Position numbers and translations under genes: made by a program. A stretch of DNA of 63,023 nucleotides, counting the filler, from Chiloscyllium plagiosum (lineage: Eukaryota), in assembly GCF_004010195.1 (NCBI RefSeq). It is 4 parts of one record of this genome, joined end to end, with 100 filler letters (N's around TTAATTAATTAA, not from the genome) between each part and the next. Parts side by side here need not be neighbours in the genome. Positions count along the whole stretch, not along the records: positions 37,645 to 55,238 come from NC_057716.1; positions 55,339 to 63,023 come from NC_057716.1; 2 more parts are not named here. The stretch is one strand, 5' to 3'. Positions 49,778-62,284 of the stretch are shown here, piece after piece. The notes under the pieces were generated by a model, which was given only the letters and a program-made list of their open reading frames with translations, was not told the DNA's origin and did no database searches. Numbering within the stretch: the stretch's first letter is position 1; every line of letters starts with the position of its first letter.

Positions 49778-52629
49778 ATAACAGATTATGAAACCAACTT
49801 CTGTCTGTAGTCGTACGAATCGTCAGTGACCATTCCCCAATGTGTCCAGCATTCAGAGGTCTGGAATCCCGTCCCCACTCTGATCTCCCCCAATGTCCTG
49901 GGAACCTAATTGTGCTCCCTACTTCGGTTTGTAACTCCCTCCCCACACTGAATTCCTCACAACGGTCTATAAAAGCAAACTGCTCTGCTTCTCTAGCAAC
50001 AGCCTACGGTCTCATCCCCACTCTGCTCTCCAACCAACTAACTGTGACCGCATACCCGCTCTGTTGTCCTTCCAGCTACTTTTTAACCCATCCAGAACGA
50101 CGTCCTGTGATCCTGTTCTCCCAGCAACACCCTGTGAGTCGAAACCCATTCTGGTCTCCATGGCACTAGCCTGTGTCCCCATCCCCATGCTCGTCTCCCA
50201 GGAAGAGCCTGTGACCCAATCCTGCCTTTGTTCTACTCATAACGGCCTCTGAACCCATACCAATCTGGTCTAATCGCAACGGCCTGTGAACGATCCTCAT
50301 CCTGTTCCAATAGCAACGGGCTGTGGTCTCATTCCCTTTCTGTTTTCCTCGCATCAGACCGAACCATTCACACAGCCTTCCCCACGGAACTGCCTATGAA
50401 CACATCACCACGCTGTTCTCCTACCAATGGCCTGTGAACTCATCCCCACTATGTTCCACGAGCAACTGACTGTTAACCAAACCTCGCTCTGGCCTACTAG
50501 CAATGGATTGTAATCTCATCCTTCATCTGTTCACCGAGCAACTGACAGTGAACTCATTCCAACGCTGTCCTCCTAGCAACCGACTCTAACCTCATTCTTA
50601 GTCTGCTCCCCCAGTAATAGCCTGCGATCGCATACCCACATTATTCCACTGATAGAGCACTGTGAACCCAATCCCTCTCTATTCTTCCAGCCATGCCCTG
50701 TGAACCCTTCCCAACTCTGTCTTTCTCGCAACAGCCTGTAACTCCGTCCTCAATCTGTTCCCCCTAGCACTGGCCTCAGAACCCATCTGCACTCTGTTCT
50801 GCGAGCAACGATGTCTGAAATCATTCCCAAGCTTTCCTCCTCGCAGCTTGTGAAGCGAAACTCGCGCTCTCTCTCGAGAACGGGCTGTGAACCAATCGCC
50901 ACTCTGTGGCCTTAGCAATATCCTGTGATTTCATCGTTAGTGTGTTCCTCTGGCAGAATACACTGACCCCGTCCGCACTTAGTTTTCTAGCAACTGCCCG
51001 TGACCCCATCCCCGCACTCTTTTCTTTGCAACAGTTTGTAGCCCCATGCTCACTCTGTTCCTCAAGCTACGGCCGCTGAAACCATCCCCAAGTTGTCCCC
51101 TTTGCAACAGCCTGTTTTCCCATCCTCAGTCTGTTCCGCAGCAATGACCTGTGAACCCGGAGCACCTTTGGTCCCCGAGCTTCAGCGCGTTAACCCATTA
51201 CCACGCTGTTTTCCTGGGAACTGCCTGTGATAGCTCCCGCTCTCTGTTATCCCAGCAACGGTCTGTAACAATTCCTCAAGTGTTATCTCCTGACAAAGGC
51301 CTGTGACTGCATCCTGGTTCTTTTCCCGTCACAACGTTCTATGAACCCATATCAACTACGTTACCATCGCAACAGACTATGAACCCATAACCATTCTATT
51401 CACCATCAACGACCTGTGACCGCATCCTGTTGTGTTCTGTTGACAACGGGCTGTGAACTCAACCCTAAACTATCCCGCTAGCAACGGCCTTTGATCCCAT
51501 CCTCATTCTTTTCACGTAGTAATTACCTATTACCGCTTCATCCCTCTGTTCACCGAGCAAGGTCCTGTAAACGCATCCTCACTCTGCTCCCCTAGGAACA
51601 GCCTGTGACCTCAAATCTGACTGTTCTGCGGGCGAGTTCAATGACCCCATCGTCAATCTGTTCTCCAAGCAATAACCTGCGATTTCATCTCCACGCTCTC
51701 TCCTCGCAACAGATTGTCTCCCATTTCCTAGTGTTTTCCCAACCCCATTCTGTTCACATAGCAATGGCCTGTCATTCCATCAGCACGCTGCTCTACTTGC
51801 AGTGGTCTCTGAACACATGTCCAATCTTTTCTCATAACGACAGCCTGTTAAATGAACATCGTGTTTATCCCCGAGCATCAGCCTGTTGAGGCCATCTCCT
51901 CTCTTTCCTTCCCACAACGTCCAGTCAACCCATCCTCAATCTGTTCTCGGAACGGGGATCTGTAATCCCATCACCTCTCAGTCCCCTGAAAAACTGCCCA
52001 TGAATCCATCTCGAATCTGCTTTTGTAGCAATGGTCTGTTGTCACTCCTTGCTCTGTTCCTGAGCAATGGCAACTAACTCGTCTGTACTCTCTTCTCCTC
52101 GCAACGGTGCATGAAGATATTCCCAAGCTTTTCTCCTTGCAACAGCCTGTGACTGCATCCTCTCTCCAATGCCATAGAAACATGTGTGAAACCATCCCCA
52201 TTCCAAAGACCTTGCACAGTCCTGTGATCCCAACCCATCTCTGTTCCCCTTGTAACAGTCTTTGATTCCGTACAAATTTCGTTACCTTAGCAACTCCCTG
52301 TGACCACATCTTCCCGTTTGCCCCGAGCAACTACGTGTTAACCCATTCACACTAGTGTCGTCCCAGCAACGGCATGAAATCCCATCCTCACTCTCGTCTC
52401 CTTGCAACTGTTGTGTCCGGTCTCCAATCTGTACTACGAGCAATAGCCTGTGCCCCCACTCCCACAATGTCTTGTGAGCAACAGCTTGCACCCCCATCCC
52501 TACTCTGTTTCGAGCAACTGCCTGTGATCCCATCACCACTTTGCTCCCCTCGCAATTGCCTGTACCGACATTCCCACTCTAATCTCCTGGCAAAGGCTTG
52601 TACATCAATCCCTACTCGGATTTCTAAAC

Positions 52630-53260
52630 ACACTCTCTCTCCCTCAAACTCTCTATCCCCAACTATCTCTTTCCCAAATCTCTTTGTCACCCCAACTCTC
52701 TCTCTCACCCGTTATCTCACACCCCACTCTCTCCCCCACTCTCTCTACCCCTCTCTCTCTCTACACTCTCGACACACTGTGACACTCTCTGAAACACACT
52801 GTGGCTCTCTCTGACACTCTCTGAAACGTGCTATGACACTCTCTGATAGACTGTGACACACTGTGACTCGTTTTGACTCTCTCTGACACTCTCTGAAACA
52901 CACTGTGGCTCTCTCTGACACTCTCTAAAACGTACTGTGACACTCTCTGACAGACTGTGACACACTGTGATACTGATTGACCCTCTCTCTGTCCCACTCT
53001 CTCTCTCCCACTCTCTCTACCACCTCTTCCAAACTCTCTCTCCCACTCTCTCTCCCTCTTCTACTCTCTCTTTCCCGCTGTCTCTCCCTAACTCTCTCTT
53101 GTTCGTCCAATTATCTCTCGGCCCTCACTCCATCTTTCCTGCCCCTTCTCTCTTCCACTCCCACTCTCTTTCAATCACCCTATTATTTTGTCCTTTTCAC
53201 CTGCTCTCATCCATACTATTCTCTCTCCCACGGCCCAACTCTCTCTCTCTGCCCTCAGCC
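52630..53260. repeat. CT-rich low-complexity tracts enclosing a 10-bp (TGACACTCTC) array with ~104-bp higher-order period
   Basis: gacactctctgaaacacactgtgg at 52781 and 52885. Confidence 0.85.
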
Positions 53261-53519
53261 CAGCCCCTCCACCAACCATTCAGTTTGGTGGAGAGTCGAG
53301 GTGGGGGAGGCTTCGTGGATGTGAGGATAGACAGCTGTCTGGCGGGTGGGAGGAGGGAGAAAATGGGGAGAGATAGCTAGGCGAGTAGGAGGCACGGTGC
53401 AGGAGAGTGGGAAAGAGAATGGGAGTTAGTAAGATAAGAGTGCAGTCGGGTGGAACAACTGGAAAGGTGATGGGGTGTTAGCCACAGGTTTCGGGCGAGA
53501 CCAGGGGGAGACAATCGAC

Positions 53520-53832
53520 AATCGGTGCAGGAGTAGGCCATTCTGCCCTACGAGCCTGCACCACCGTTCAATATGATCATGGCTGATCATCCTTAATCAA
53601 TATCCTGTTCCTGCCTTATCTCTATAACCCTTGCTTCCACTATCCTTGAGAGCTCTATCCAACTATTTCTTAAATGAATCCAGAGTTTCGGCCTCCACTG
53701 CCCCCTGGGGCAGAGCATTTCACGCAGCCACCACTCTCTGGGTGAAGATGTTTCTCCGCATCTCTGTCCTAAATGGTCTATCCCATATTTTTATGCTGTG
53801 TCCTCTGGTTCAGCACTCACCCATCAGCGGAA
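53520..53832 (-). mobile_element. CR1 3' end
   Basis: ggagtaggccattctgccctacgagcctgcacc; minus strand reads GNMFPLMGEC. Confidence 0.85.
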
Positions 53833-54507
53833 ACATGTTTCCTGCCTCCAGAGTGTGGAGAGAGGGGGTGAGAAAGAGATTTGGGAGAGACTGAGTAAGG
53901 AAGAGAGAGAGGAAAGAGAGAGGGGAGATTGAGAGTGTGTGTGGAAAAAGAGGTAGAGAAATGAGAAAATGGGAAGACAGTGCAAGAGTGTCCAACTGTT
54001 TAAGAGGGAGAGTGAAGGATGTCGGTAGACAGAGAGAGAGATGCAGTTGACTGCACATGTGCAGTACGGGTTGATAATGAAATGTGCTGAAATTCAGTTC
54101 AGAGTGGGAGCGCAGAGGTAAGAGCAAGGACAGATTGATGTAGAACCAATTCCCGACCTCAAAGTCCGGTTCTCTTCCCTCACTGTGGACCAGGACACGT
54201 GGCTGAGTCTGACTCTCCCCTGCTCAGCTTCTTCAGTACAAAGACAAACACCAGCATCGTTCCTTCTCTGCTTGGAAAGTTTTAATGAACATTTTTGTTG
54301 TTTACAAATTGAAGTGCGGGATCTAGTAAGTGGGATGGTGCTGTTTTTCACTGGTCGCTGAGTTGAAAGAAACATTGAAATGTGCCCCCGTCACGCCGTG
54401 TGGAATAAGTTTGGATAAACTGTCACTACCCTCAGTCTGTTCGCATACGACAGGCGGCGTCATTGCTGAAACTTTGAACAGCACTGAGAAAATCCAGGAT
54501 GGGTTGA

Positions 54508-55238
54508 TTAATGCGTGAAGTTGATTGATTGGTGAATTTTGGTAAAGGGATATTTCAGCACATTCTTCAGCTGCTGTCTGAACTTAGTCTGGGTCACGGC
54601 ATAAATACCAGTGTTTGTGCAGCAACTGTGGAGTTGCAGCATAAAGCCCAAATCCAGCACAAACCAATACAGATAAAAAGGGGTATCCATAATCCATTGC
54701 ATCCGGTACCATACATAATACACCATTAACGTTGACCATAACAAAATGAAATTAGCCGAGATCACAAACAGTAAAATGATGGATGTTTTTCGAATTCTCA
54801 TTTCTGTGTCTGACTGAGCGTCCCCTTTGGTGTGAGGCCGGAGTCTCCTGCGGGCTCTGTTGGTCACTAAAATGTGTCTGACGGTGAAAACATTGAGCAG
54901 CAGAATCAGGAGAAATGGGACAGCCGCTGTTAGAATGTAGTGGAGGAACTCGATTGTGGCCCAGACATGTGATAATCGAACAGCATTTGTTTCCTCACAA
55001 AACCAGGAGGCATGCCGCAGCCAATATCGAGCTGTGAGCATAAAATACCAGAAAATATTCTTTAAACAACTCAGCACAGTGACTGCTCCCAGAACCACAG
55101 CTACCGTTTTCTCACGGCAATATTTACTTTTCAGCTTCTGGCAACAAATGGCGACAAACCAATCAAAGGTGAAAGCGACGGTGAACCAGACAGAGCAGTC
55201 AGTGGATGCATAAAGCAGGACGGCGTGGATGTTACATA
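54508..55238 (-). CDS. Class A orphan GPCR, shark-expanded GPR139/GPR142-like family; TM3 to C-terminus, 5' part lost in the gap
   Basis: The frame stays open from the gap: CNIHAVLLYASTDCSVWFTVAFTFDWFVAICCQKLKSKYCREKT, then TM4-7 (VPFLLILLLNVFTVRHIL; SIILLFVISANFILLW; GFMLQLHSCCTNTGIYAVTQTKFR); stop at 54508-54510. Confidence 0.88.
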
Positions 55239-55338
55239 NNNNNNNNNNNNNNNNNNNNNNNNNNNNNNNNNNNNNNNNNNNNTTAATTAATTAANNNNNN
55301 NNNNNNNNNNNNNNNNNNNNNNNNNNNNNNNNNNNNNN
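55239..55338. other. Assembly gap with TTAATTAATTAA spacer
   Basis: 44 N + 12 bp + 44 N. Confidence 0.97.
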
Positions 55339-56292
55339 TCAATGATTTGGAGGAAGGTATCGGTTGCCTGATTAGCAAGTTTGCAGATGACACCAAGATT
55401 GGTGGAGTAGCAGATAGTGAAGGGGAATGTCAGAGAATGCAGCAGAATATAGATAGATTGGAGAGATGGGCACAGAAATGGCAGATGGAGTTCAGACTGG
55501 GGCAAATGCGAGGCGATGCATTTTGGAAGATCCAGTTCAAGAGCAACAATACAGTAAACCGAAAAGTCTTGGGGAAAATTGACATACAGTGAGACCTGGG
55601 TTCATTGTTTCCTGAAGGTGGCAACGCAGGTCAGTAAACTGGTCAAGGCAACATATGGCATGCTTTCCTTCATTGGATCAGCTGTTGAGTCCAAACGTTG
55701 GCAGGTCATGTTACAGTTGCAGAGGGCTTTGGTTTCACCGCATTTGAAATACTGCATATATTTCTGGTCACCACGTTACCAAAAGGATGTGGATGCTTTG
55801 AATAAAGTGCAGAGTAGGTTCACCAGGATGTTGCCTGGTATGGAGGGTGCTGGTTATGAAGAAAGATTGAATAGATTAGGATTATATTAATTATAAAGAC
55901 AAAGGGTGAGGGGGACCTGATTGATGTCTACAAAATCAAGAGAGATATAGACAGGGTGAACAGCAAGAAACTTTTTCCCCAGATTTTGGAACTCAATTAC
56001 GAGGAGTCATGGGTTCGAAGTGAGAGGGGAAGGGTTTAGGGTAGATATATGTGGGAAGTTCTTTCCACATATGGTGGTGGCAGCCTGGAACGTGTTACCA
56101 GCAGAGGAGATCGGGGCAAGTAGAATAGCGTTATCTAAGATGTATCTGACAGATACATGAATGGGCAGGGAGCAGAGGGATACTTTGTCTTAGAAAACAG
56201 GTGGTAAGTTTTAGAAATAGGAGGATCTGGATCCGCACAGGCTAGGAGGGCCAAAGGGTCTGTTCCTGTGTTAGAATGTTCTTTGTTCTTTG
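55339..56292 (+). mobile_element. CR1 LINE 3' part
   Basis: [26 protein letters not shown]; tail gttctttgttcttt. Confidence 0.93.
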
Positions 56293-57713
56293 TCAATCAT
56301 TCTAAAAATAGCAAGTTTTCAACTTATTGTATGCTACAATTTAATGATATAAACCATTTATTTGACAGTACATATCAAATTATTGTCATTTCTAAATTAT
56401 AGTCGCAGAGTCAAAGAGATGTACAGTATGGAAACAGTTCCTTCGGTCCAACCTGTCCATGCCGACCAGATAACACAACCCAATCTCGTCCCACCTGCCA
56501 GCATTCAGCCCATATCCCTCTCAATCCTTTCTATTCATATACCTATCCAGACACCATCTAAATGTTGCAATTGCACTAACTTCCACCACTTCCTCTGGCA
56601 GCTCATTCCATACACAAACCACCCTCTGTGTGAAAAAGTTGCACCTTGCATCTCTTTTATATTTTTCCTTCGCAACTTAAATCTATGCCCTCTAGTCCTG
56701 GACTCCCCCACACCAGGGGAATGACCTTGTCTATCTCCCCATTCATGGCCCTCATGATTTTATAAACCTCTTTAAGGTCACGCCTCAGTCTCCAACGTTC
56801 CAGGGAAAATAGCCATAGCCTATTCAAACACCATCTATAGCTCAAACCCCCCAACCTTGGCAACATCCTTGTAAACCTTCTTAGAGTACTTTCAAGATTC
56901 ACAACATCCTACCGATATGAAGGGGAACAGAATTGCACGCAATATTCCAAATGTCGCCTAACCAATATCCTGTATAGCTGCAACATGACCTCGCAACTCC
57001 TGTACTCAATGCTCTGACCAATTAAGGAAAACATACAAAATGCCTTCTTCACTAACCTACCTACCTGTTCCTCTACATTCAAGAAACAATGAACATGCAC
57101 ACCACGGTCTCTTTGTTCAGCAACACTCCATTGGACCTCACCATTAAGAGTATTAGCCCTGCTAAGATTTGCTTTCCCAAAATGCAGCATCTCACATTTA
57201 TCTAAATTAAACTCCATCTGCCACTCCTCAGTCCATTGGCCCATATGATCAAGATCCTTTTGTAATCTGAGGTAACCTTCTTCGCTGTCCACTACACCTC
57301 CAATTTTTGTGTCATCAGCAAATTTGCTAACTATACCTCTTATACTCACATGCAAATCATTTACATAAATGACAAAAAGTAGTGGACCCAACACCGATTC
57401 TTTGACACTCCACTGGTCACATGCCTCCAATCTGAAAAACAACACTCCACCACCAGACTCTGTCTTCTACTTTTAGCTAGTTCTGTATCCAACTGGCTAG
57501 TTCTCCCTGTACTCCAATGAAATCTAACCTTGCTAACCAGTCTCCCATGGGGAACCATATCGAATGCCTTACTGAAGTCCATATAGATCACGTCCACCGC
57601 TCTGCTCTCATCAATCCTCTTCGTTACTTCTGCAAAAACTTCAATCAAGTTAGTGAGACATCATTTTCCAACTCTGTTACTGTCATTGTTGCTGCTCAGA
57701 CTCTTCAGGTATT

Positions 57714-57855
57714 GCACAGGCCCTTCTTCCTGAAGAAGGGCCTGTGCCCGAAACGTCGAATCTCCTGTTCCCTCGATGCTGCCTGACCTGCTGTGCTGTT
57801 CCAGCAATAAAGTTTCAACTTTGATCTCCAGCATCTGCAGACCTCACTTTCTCCT
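57714..57855 (+). mobile_element. Penelope terminus with a 15-bp stub of the inverted arm
   Basis: gcacaggcccttctt (57714-57728) is the reverse of aagaagggcctgtgc; ends gatctccagcatctgcagacctcactttctcct. Confidence 0.88.
57727..57760 (+). ncRNA. Minimal type I hammerhead ribozyme, intact core
   Basis: UUC|CUGAAGA-A-GGGC-CUGU-GCCC-GAAAC-GUC|GAA, with a 3-bp helix I (UUC/GAA). Confidence 0.78.
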
Positions 57856-59875
57856 CCCAGCAATCAGTTCTCTAGCTTCCCACAGAGTTCTAGGCTACAC
57901 CTGATAGATCGGGTCCTGGGGATTTATTCATGCATTTATGCATTTCAAGACATCAGCACTTCCACCTCTGTATTATATACTCTTTTTTAAGATGTCACCA
58001 TCTATTTCTCTATATATCTTCATCGCCCATGTCCTTCTCCTGAGTAAACACTGAGACAAAATACTCATTTAGTATCTCCCCTAACTCCTGCAGCTCCACG
58101 CAAAGGCTGTCTTGCTGAACTTTGAGAGCTCTATTCTCTCCCTCTTTACCCTTTTGTCCTCAATGTATTTTTAAAGTCATTTTGGATTCTCCCTAAATCT
58201 ATTTTCCAAAACCATCTCATGTCCATTTTTGATTTCCTGACCTCCCTCTCTCGTATACTCCTCCTGCCTTTATACTCTTGTAAGGATTCGCTCGACCTAT
58301 CCTGCCTGTACCTGTCATATGCTTCCCCTTTTTTCTTAACCAGGCCCTCAATTTCATTAGTCATTCAGTACTCTCTACACCTACCAGCCTTTCCTTTCAT
58401 CCTAACAGGAATATATATATCTCATTTCTGAAGGCTTTCCATTTTCCAGCTGTCCCTTTCCCTGCGAACATCTGCTGCCATCAGCTTTTGAAAGTTATTG
58501 CCTAATACCATCAAAATTGGCATTTCTCCAATTTAGAACATTAACATTTACATCCTTTTCCATCAATATTTTAAAACTAATAGAATTGTTGGCAAATAGC
58601 TGAAGCTCACATATTTCAGGTGAGAAATTAAATCGATTGATTATATCTAAATGTGTAAAAGTGGTAAGTCTATTTGATTTTTCAATCATTTGTTCAATCC
58701 GAATATGTAATCAGTTAGAGGTCAGCCACTTTGTAACTGATAGAGCGACAATGTATGTATTTGAATACTGAGATTCAATGTGTAATTGTGATCACCAAAA
58801 TAGCCAGACATGTTCGTTTTCGATACAAAACAAAATGTGATTCCTTACTTTTGTATAATAAAAGGTTTTTTGTGTTTATATTTTAATTCCATCAATATAG
58901 AATCAACTTAATTGTTTTCAAAGTTGATGCAGTTATTGTTCAGTGGAATAATTGTAGTTCATATCTTATTATTGCCCAATTCGCAAACATGGCAAACTCC
59001 TGATAATTATTCAGGTCAGTAAACCCATCACTTGACATCATGACCAACATTAAAAGTGGATTCCAAAAGGCCTGAATTCGGGTACATTGCTACTGGAACT
59101 CGCAGCTGCCGGTGGCACTGAGTGAGACACTGGCCTGCTCCTGAATCTGACCAGACAGTTTCCAACCTGGGTCAGGGCAATCATTCAAACATTCTCTGAC
59201 AGAGATTCATTTGGATCCGCCTTGAGCAGGAGGAAACTAACCAACAGCCTATCACTGCTCTCAGTGTAGGTTCAGATGCTGTCTAAATTAGATACCAATG
59301 ACTGACCAGGACCCATGCCTTATAAATTCATCATCAGTCAGACCCTGGCCTAGGGAGCAGATGTATGGACATGGAGTGTCATAATCACATCGCACACGTT
59401 ACTTATGGTGATGACATCTGGCATGACCTCCAGATTCCATACATCTGCCCCCTGGACCAGACACTGGGTGAAAATGGTCAACACTAACAGTCTATTGTCT
59501 CACAGTGAACCCTCTGAAACCATATACATTAAATTAACCAGGATCAAAATAAAATTGTACATGCATGTGGATGCACAGATACTAATTCATAGGTCATCCA
59601 ACGGAATGTATCTGAAGAAACCAGGAGCAAACGGCAAGCCAAGAATCGTTTTAATATCTGAACTTGGTGGATTTTGTCTGGTCTTGGAAACCTCACATAT
59701 GCTGACATTCAGGTGAATGTAACAAAGCACATCAAACTGGAAGTCTTGATCTAACGCCCCACCCCAGATTCCTGACCTCACGCACCTCACTCCCTCACCC
59801 GCCTCACTCCCTCACCCGCCTCACTTCCTCCCACATTCACCCACCGACGAGAATCCACAAACTGAGTGAAACTTG

Positions 59876-61555
59876 GAACATAGAACAGTACAGCACAGTG
59901 CAGGCGCTTCAGCTCTCAATGTTTTGGCAGCCTTTTATCCTACTCTAAGATCAGACTAACCTACATAACCTTCAATGTACTAACTTCCATGTGCCTATCC
60001 AAGAGTCTTCTTAAATATCTCTAATATATCTGACTCTACTACCACCACTGGTGGTACATTCCCACTTTCTCTGTAAAGAACTTATCTCTAACAGCCCCTG
60101 AAACCTTTCTCCAATCACCTTAAAATTACGGCCCTTGTTGATAGCCACTTCTGCCATGGGAAAAGACTTTGGCTATCCAATCTATCTATGTCTCTCAACA
60201 TCTTGTATTCCCCTATTAAGTCACCTCTCATCCTTCTTCACTCCAGGGAGAAAAGCCCCAGCTCCCTCAAACTTTCTCCCTAAGACGTGTCCTCCAGTCT
60301 TGGCAGCATCTTGGTAAATCTCCTCTACATACTGTCTGAGGCTTCCACATGTTTCCTATACTGAGGCAACCAGATATGAACACAATACTCCTAGTGTGGT
60401 TGAACCGGGAGAAAAGCCCCAGCTCCCTCAAACTTTCTCCCTAAGACGTGTCCTCCAGTCTGTCTGAGGCTTTCACATGTTTCCTATACTGAGGCAACCA
60501 GATATGAACACAATACTCCTAGTGTGGTTGAACCTCAGCTTTATTGACCTAAACATTAACCTCGCCGCTCTTAAACGCAATCCCCATAATGAAAGCCAAC
60601 ACACCATACACCTCCTTAACAACCTTATCAACGTCGGTGGCAACACTGATGAAACTATGGGCATGAACCCCAAGATCCCTCTGTTGCTTCACACTGCCAA
60701 GAATTCTGCCTTTAACCCTGTATCCTGTATGCAAATGCAACCTTTCCAAATTAAATTAATTCACACTTTTAACGGTTAAACTTCATCTGCCACTTATCAG
60801 CCCAGCTCTGTATCCTGTCAATGTCCTGTTGCAAACTACAACAACCCACCACACTATCCACAACTCCATCAAACTTCATGTCATCGGCAAACTTTCTAAC
60901 CCACTATTCCACTTCCTCATCAAAGTCATTTATAAAATCACAAAGAGCACAGGCCCCAGAACCGATCCCTGTGGAACGCCACTGCTCACTGAGCTCCAGC
61001 CTGAATACTTTCCATCTGCTTCCAGACTCTGTCTTCTATGGGCCAGCCACGCCGTATCCAGAGAGCCAAATTTCCCTGCGTCCCATGCCTCCTTACCTTC
61101 TGAATGAGCCCAAAACGGGGAACCTTATCAAACGCCTTCTAAAATTCGTCTTCACCACATCTACTGGTCTATCTTCATCAACATGTTTTTTCACATCTTC
61201 AAAGAATTCAATAAGTTTTGTGAGGCATGATCTGCTCTTCAAAAAGCCATGCCGACTACCTCTGATCATACTATGTTTTTTTTTAAATAATTGTAAATCC
61301 TGTCTCTCAGAATCGTCTCCAATACTTTGCCCTCCACTGGTGTAAGATTGACTGTTCTATCATTCCCAGGGTTATCCCTATTCCCTTCCCTGAACAAGGG
61401 GATAACATTTGCCACCCCCCAAACATCTGGCACTATTCCAGTGAACAGTGAAGACGCATATATTATTACCAAAGTCACACCAATCTCTTCCTTCACTTCC
61501 TGGAGCAACCTTGTGTATATCCCATCTGGCCCAGGGGATTTATCCATCCTTATGT
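59876..61555 (-). mobile_element. CR1 LINE ORF2 3' part with an internal tandem duplication
   Basis: MDKSPGPDGIY...VPDVWGVANVIPLF; KFADDMK at ~60880; tail gaacatagaacagtacagcac. Confidence 0.93.
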
Positions 61556-61869
61556 TTGTACTTCAATCAGTCTGTATTTCCCCTCAACCTGTCGACACCC
61601 TGTCCAACCAATTCATTGACTGCTTTCCATTTCAGTGCTATATACAGTGCTGCCTTGCTGAGCAAGTATGTTTCCCAACGTCCTGCAAATCACGGAATCA
61701 AAAAAAGGAATGCACCAACTGACTGCTCAGTTCTGGAAAGTTGCACTTGATGAATACATTCTTTTTTGTTAAAAAAATTGCAATTCAACAAATATTCATT
61801 CAGTCCCCAGAGTTACAATTTTGGTTCATGGTTTGGGCAGCCTGATAACAAATAGTGAATGATTGAGGA

Positions 61870-62265
61870 ACTCCGATACACAGCTTACATTAATGCTGGG
61901 AGTATTATCAGACAGACTGTTGTGACAGTGGCATGAGTCGACATGTGGAGATGGAATATTTTTGCCATCACAGAGACGTGTTTGAGGGAGGTCAGGGCTA
62001 ACAACTCAGTATTCTGTTGTACTGGAACTATAGTAAGGACAGGAGAGGGTGTTAAAGAGGAGGTGGTGTTGCATTATTAATTAAAGAACAGTTACTGCAG
62101 TAAGGAGGGACGATATCTTGGACGTGTCTTCAAATAAGGCATTATGGGTCGAGGTGAGGTTCCAAACGATGACAGGCACACTGCTGGGGATGTTTTATAG
62201 AGCCCCAGAAAGATGGAAATGCAGGAGCAAATATATAACTAATTCACTGAGGTGCATAAAAACCA
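61870..62265 (+). mobile_element. CR1 endonuclease fragment
   Basis: AITETCL, DR...RGGGVALLIKE, ALWVEV...GMFYRAP. Confidence 0.85.
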
Positions 62266-62284
62266 ATTCACTGAGGTGTGAAGG

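Larger units (their letters stand above)
46430..52620. repeat. Old degenerate tandem array, ~38-bp unit (consensus CCTGTGAACCCATCCCCACTCTGTTCTCCTAGCAACGG)
   Basis: agcaac.gcctgtga.cccatc recurs every ~38 bp over ~6 kb; interrupted at 47033-47273 and 48608-49777. Confidence 0.9.
56405..58600 (-). mobile_element. CR1 LINE ORF2, decayed, interrupted at ~57670-57855
   Basis: [51 protein letters not shown]. Confidence 0.93.

Noticed and set aside
46430..52620. CRISPR-like periodicity
   Set aside because: The units are contiguous and degenerate, with no unique spacers and no cas genes, in vertebrate DNA
52374..53380. Ser/Leu-rich and Glu/Arg-rich ORFs
   Set aside because: Translations of CT/GA low-complexity tracts
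58960..59870. Possible exon 1 of the 54.5-kb receptor, or a DNA-transposon relic (similar uncertainty at 15700-16830)
   Set aside because: There is no YYP/VP-donor motif on the minus strand, and no TIR or TSD that I can support
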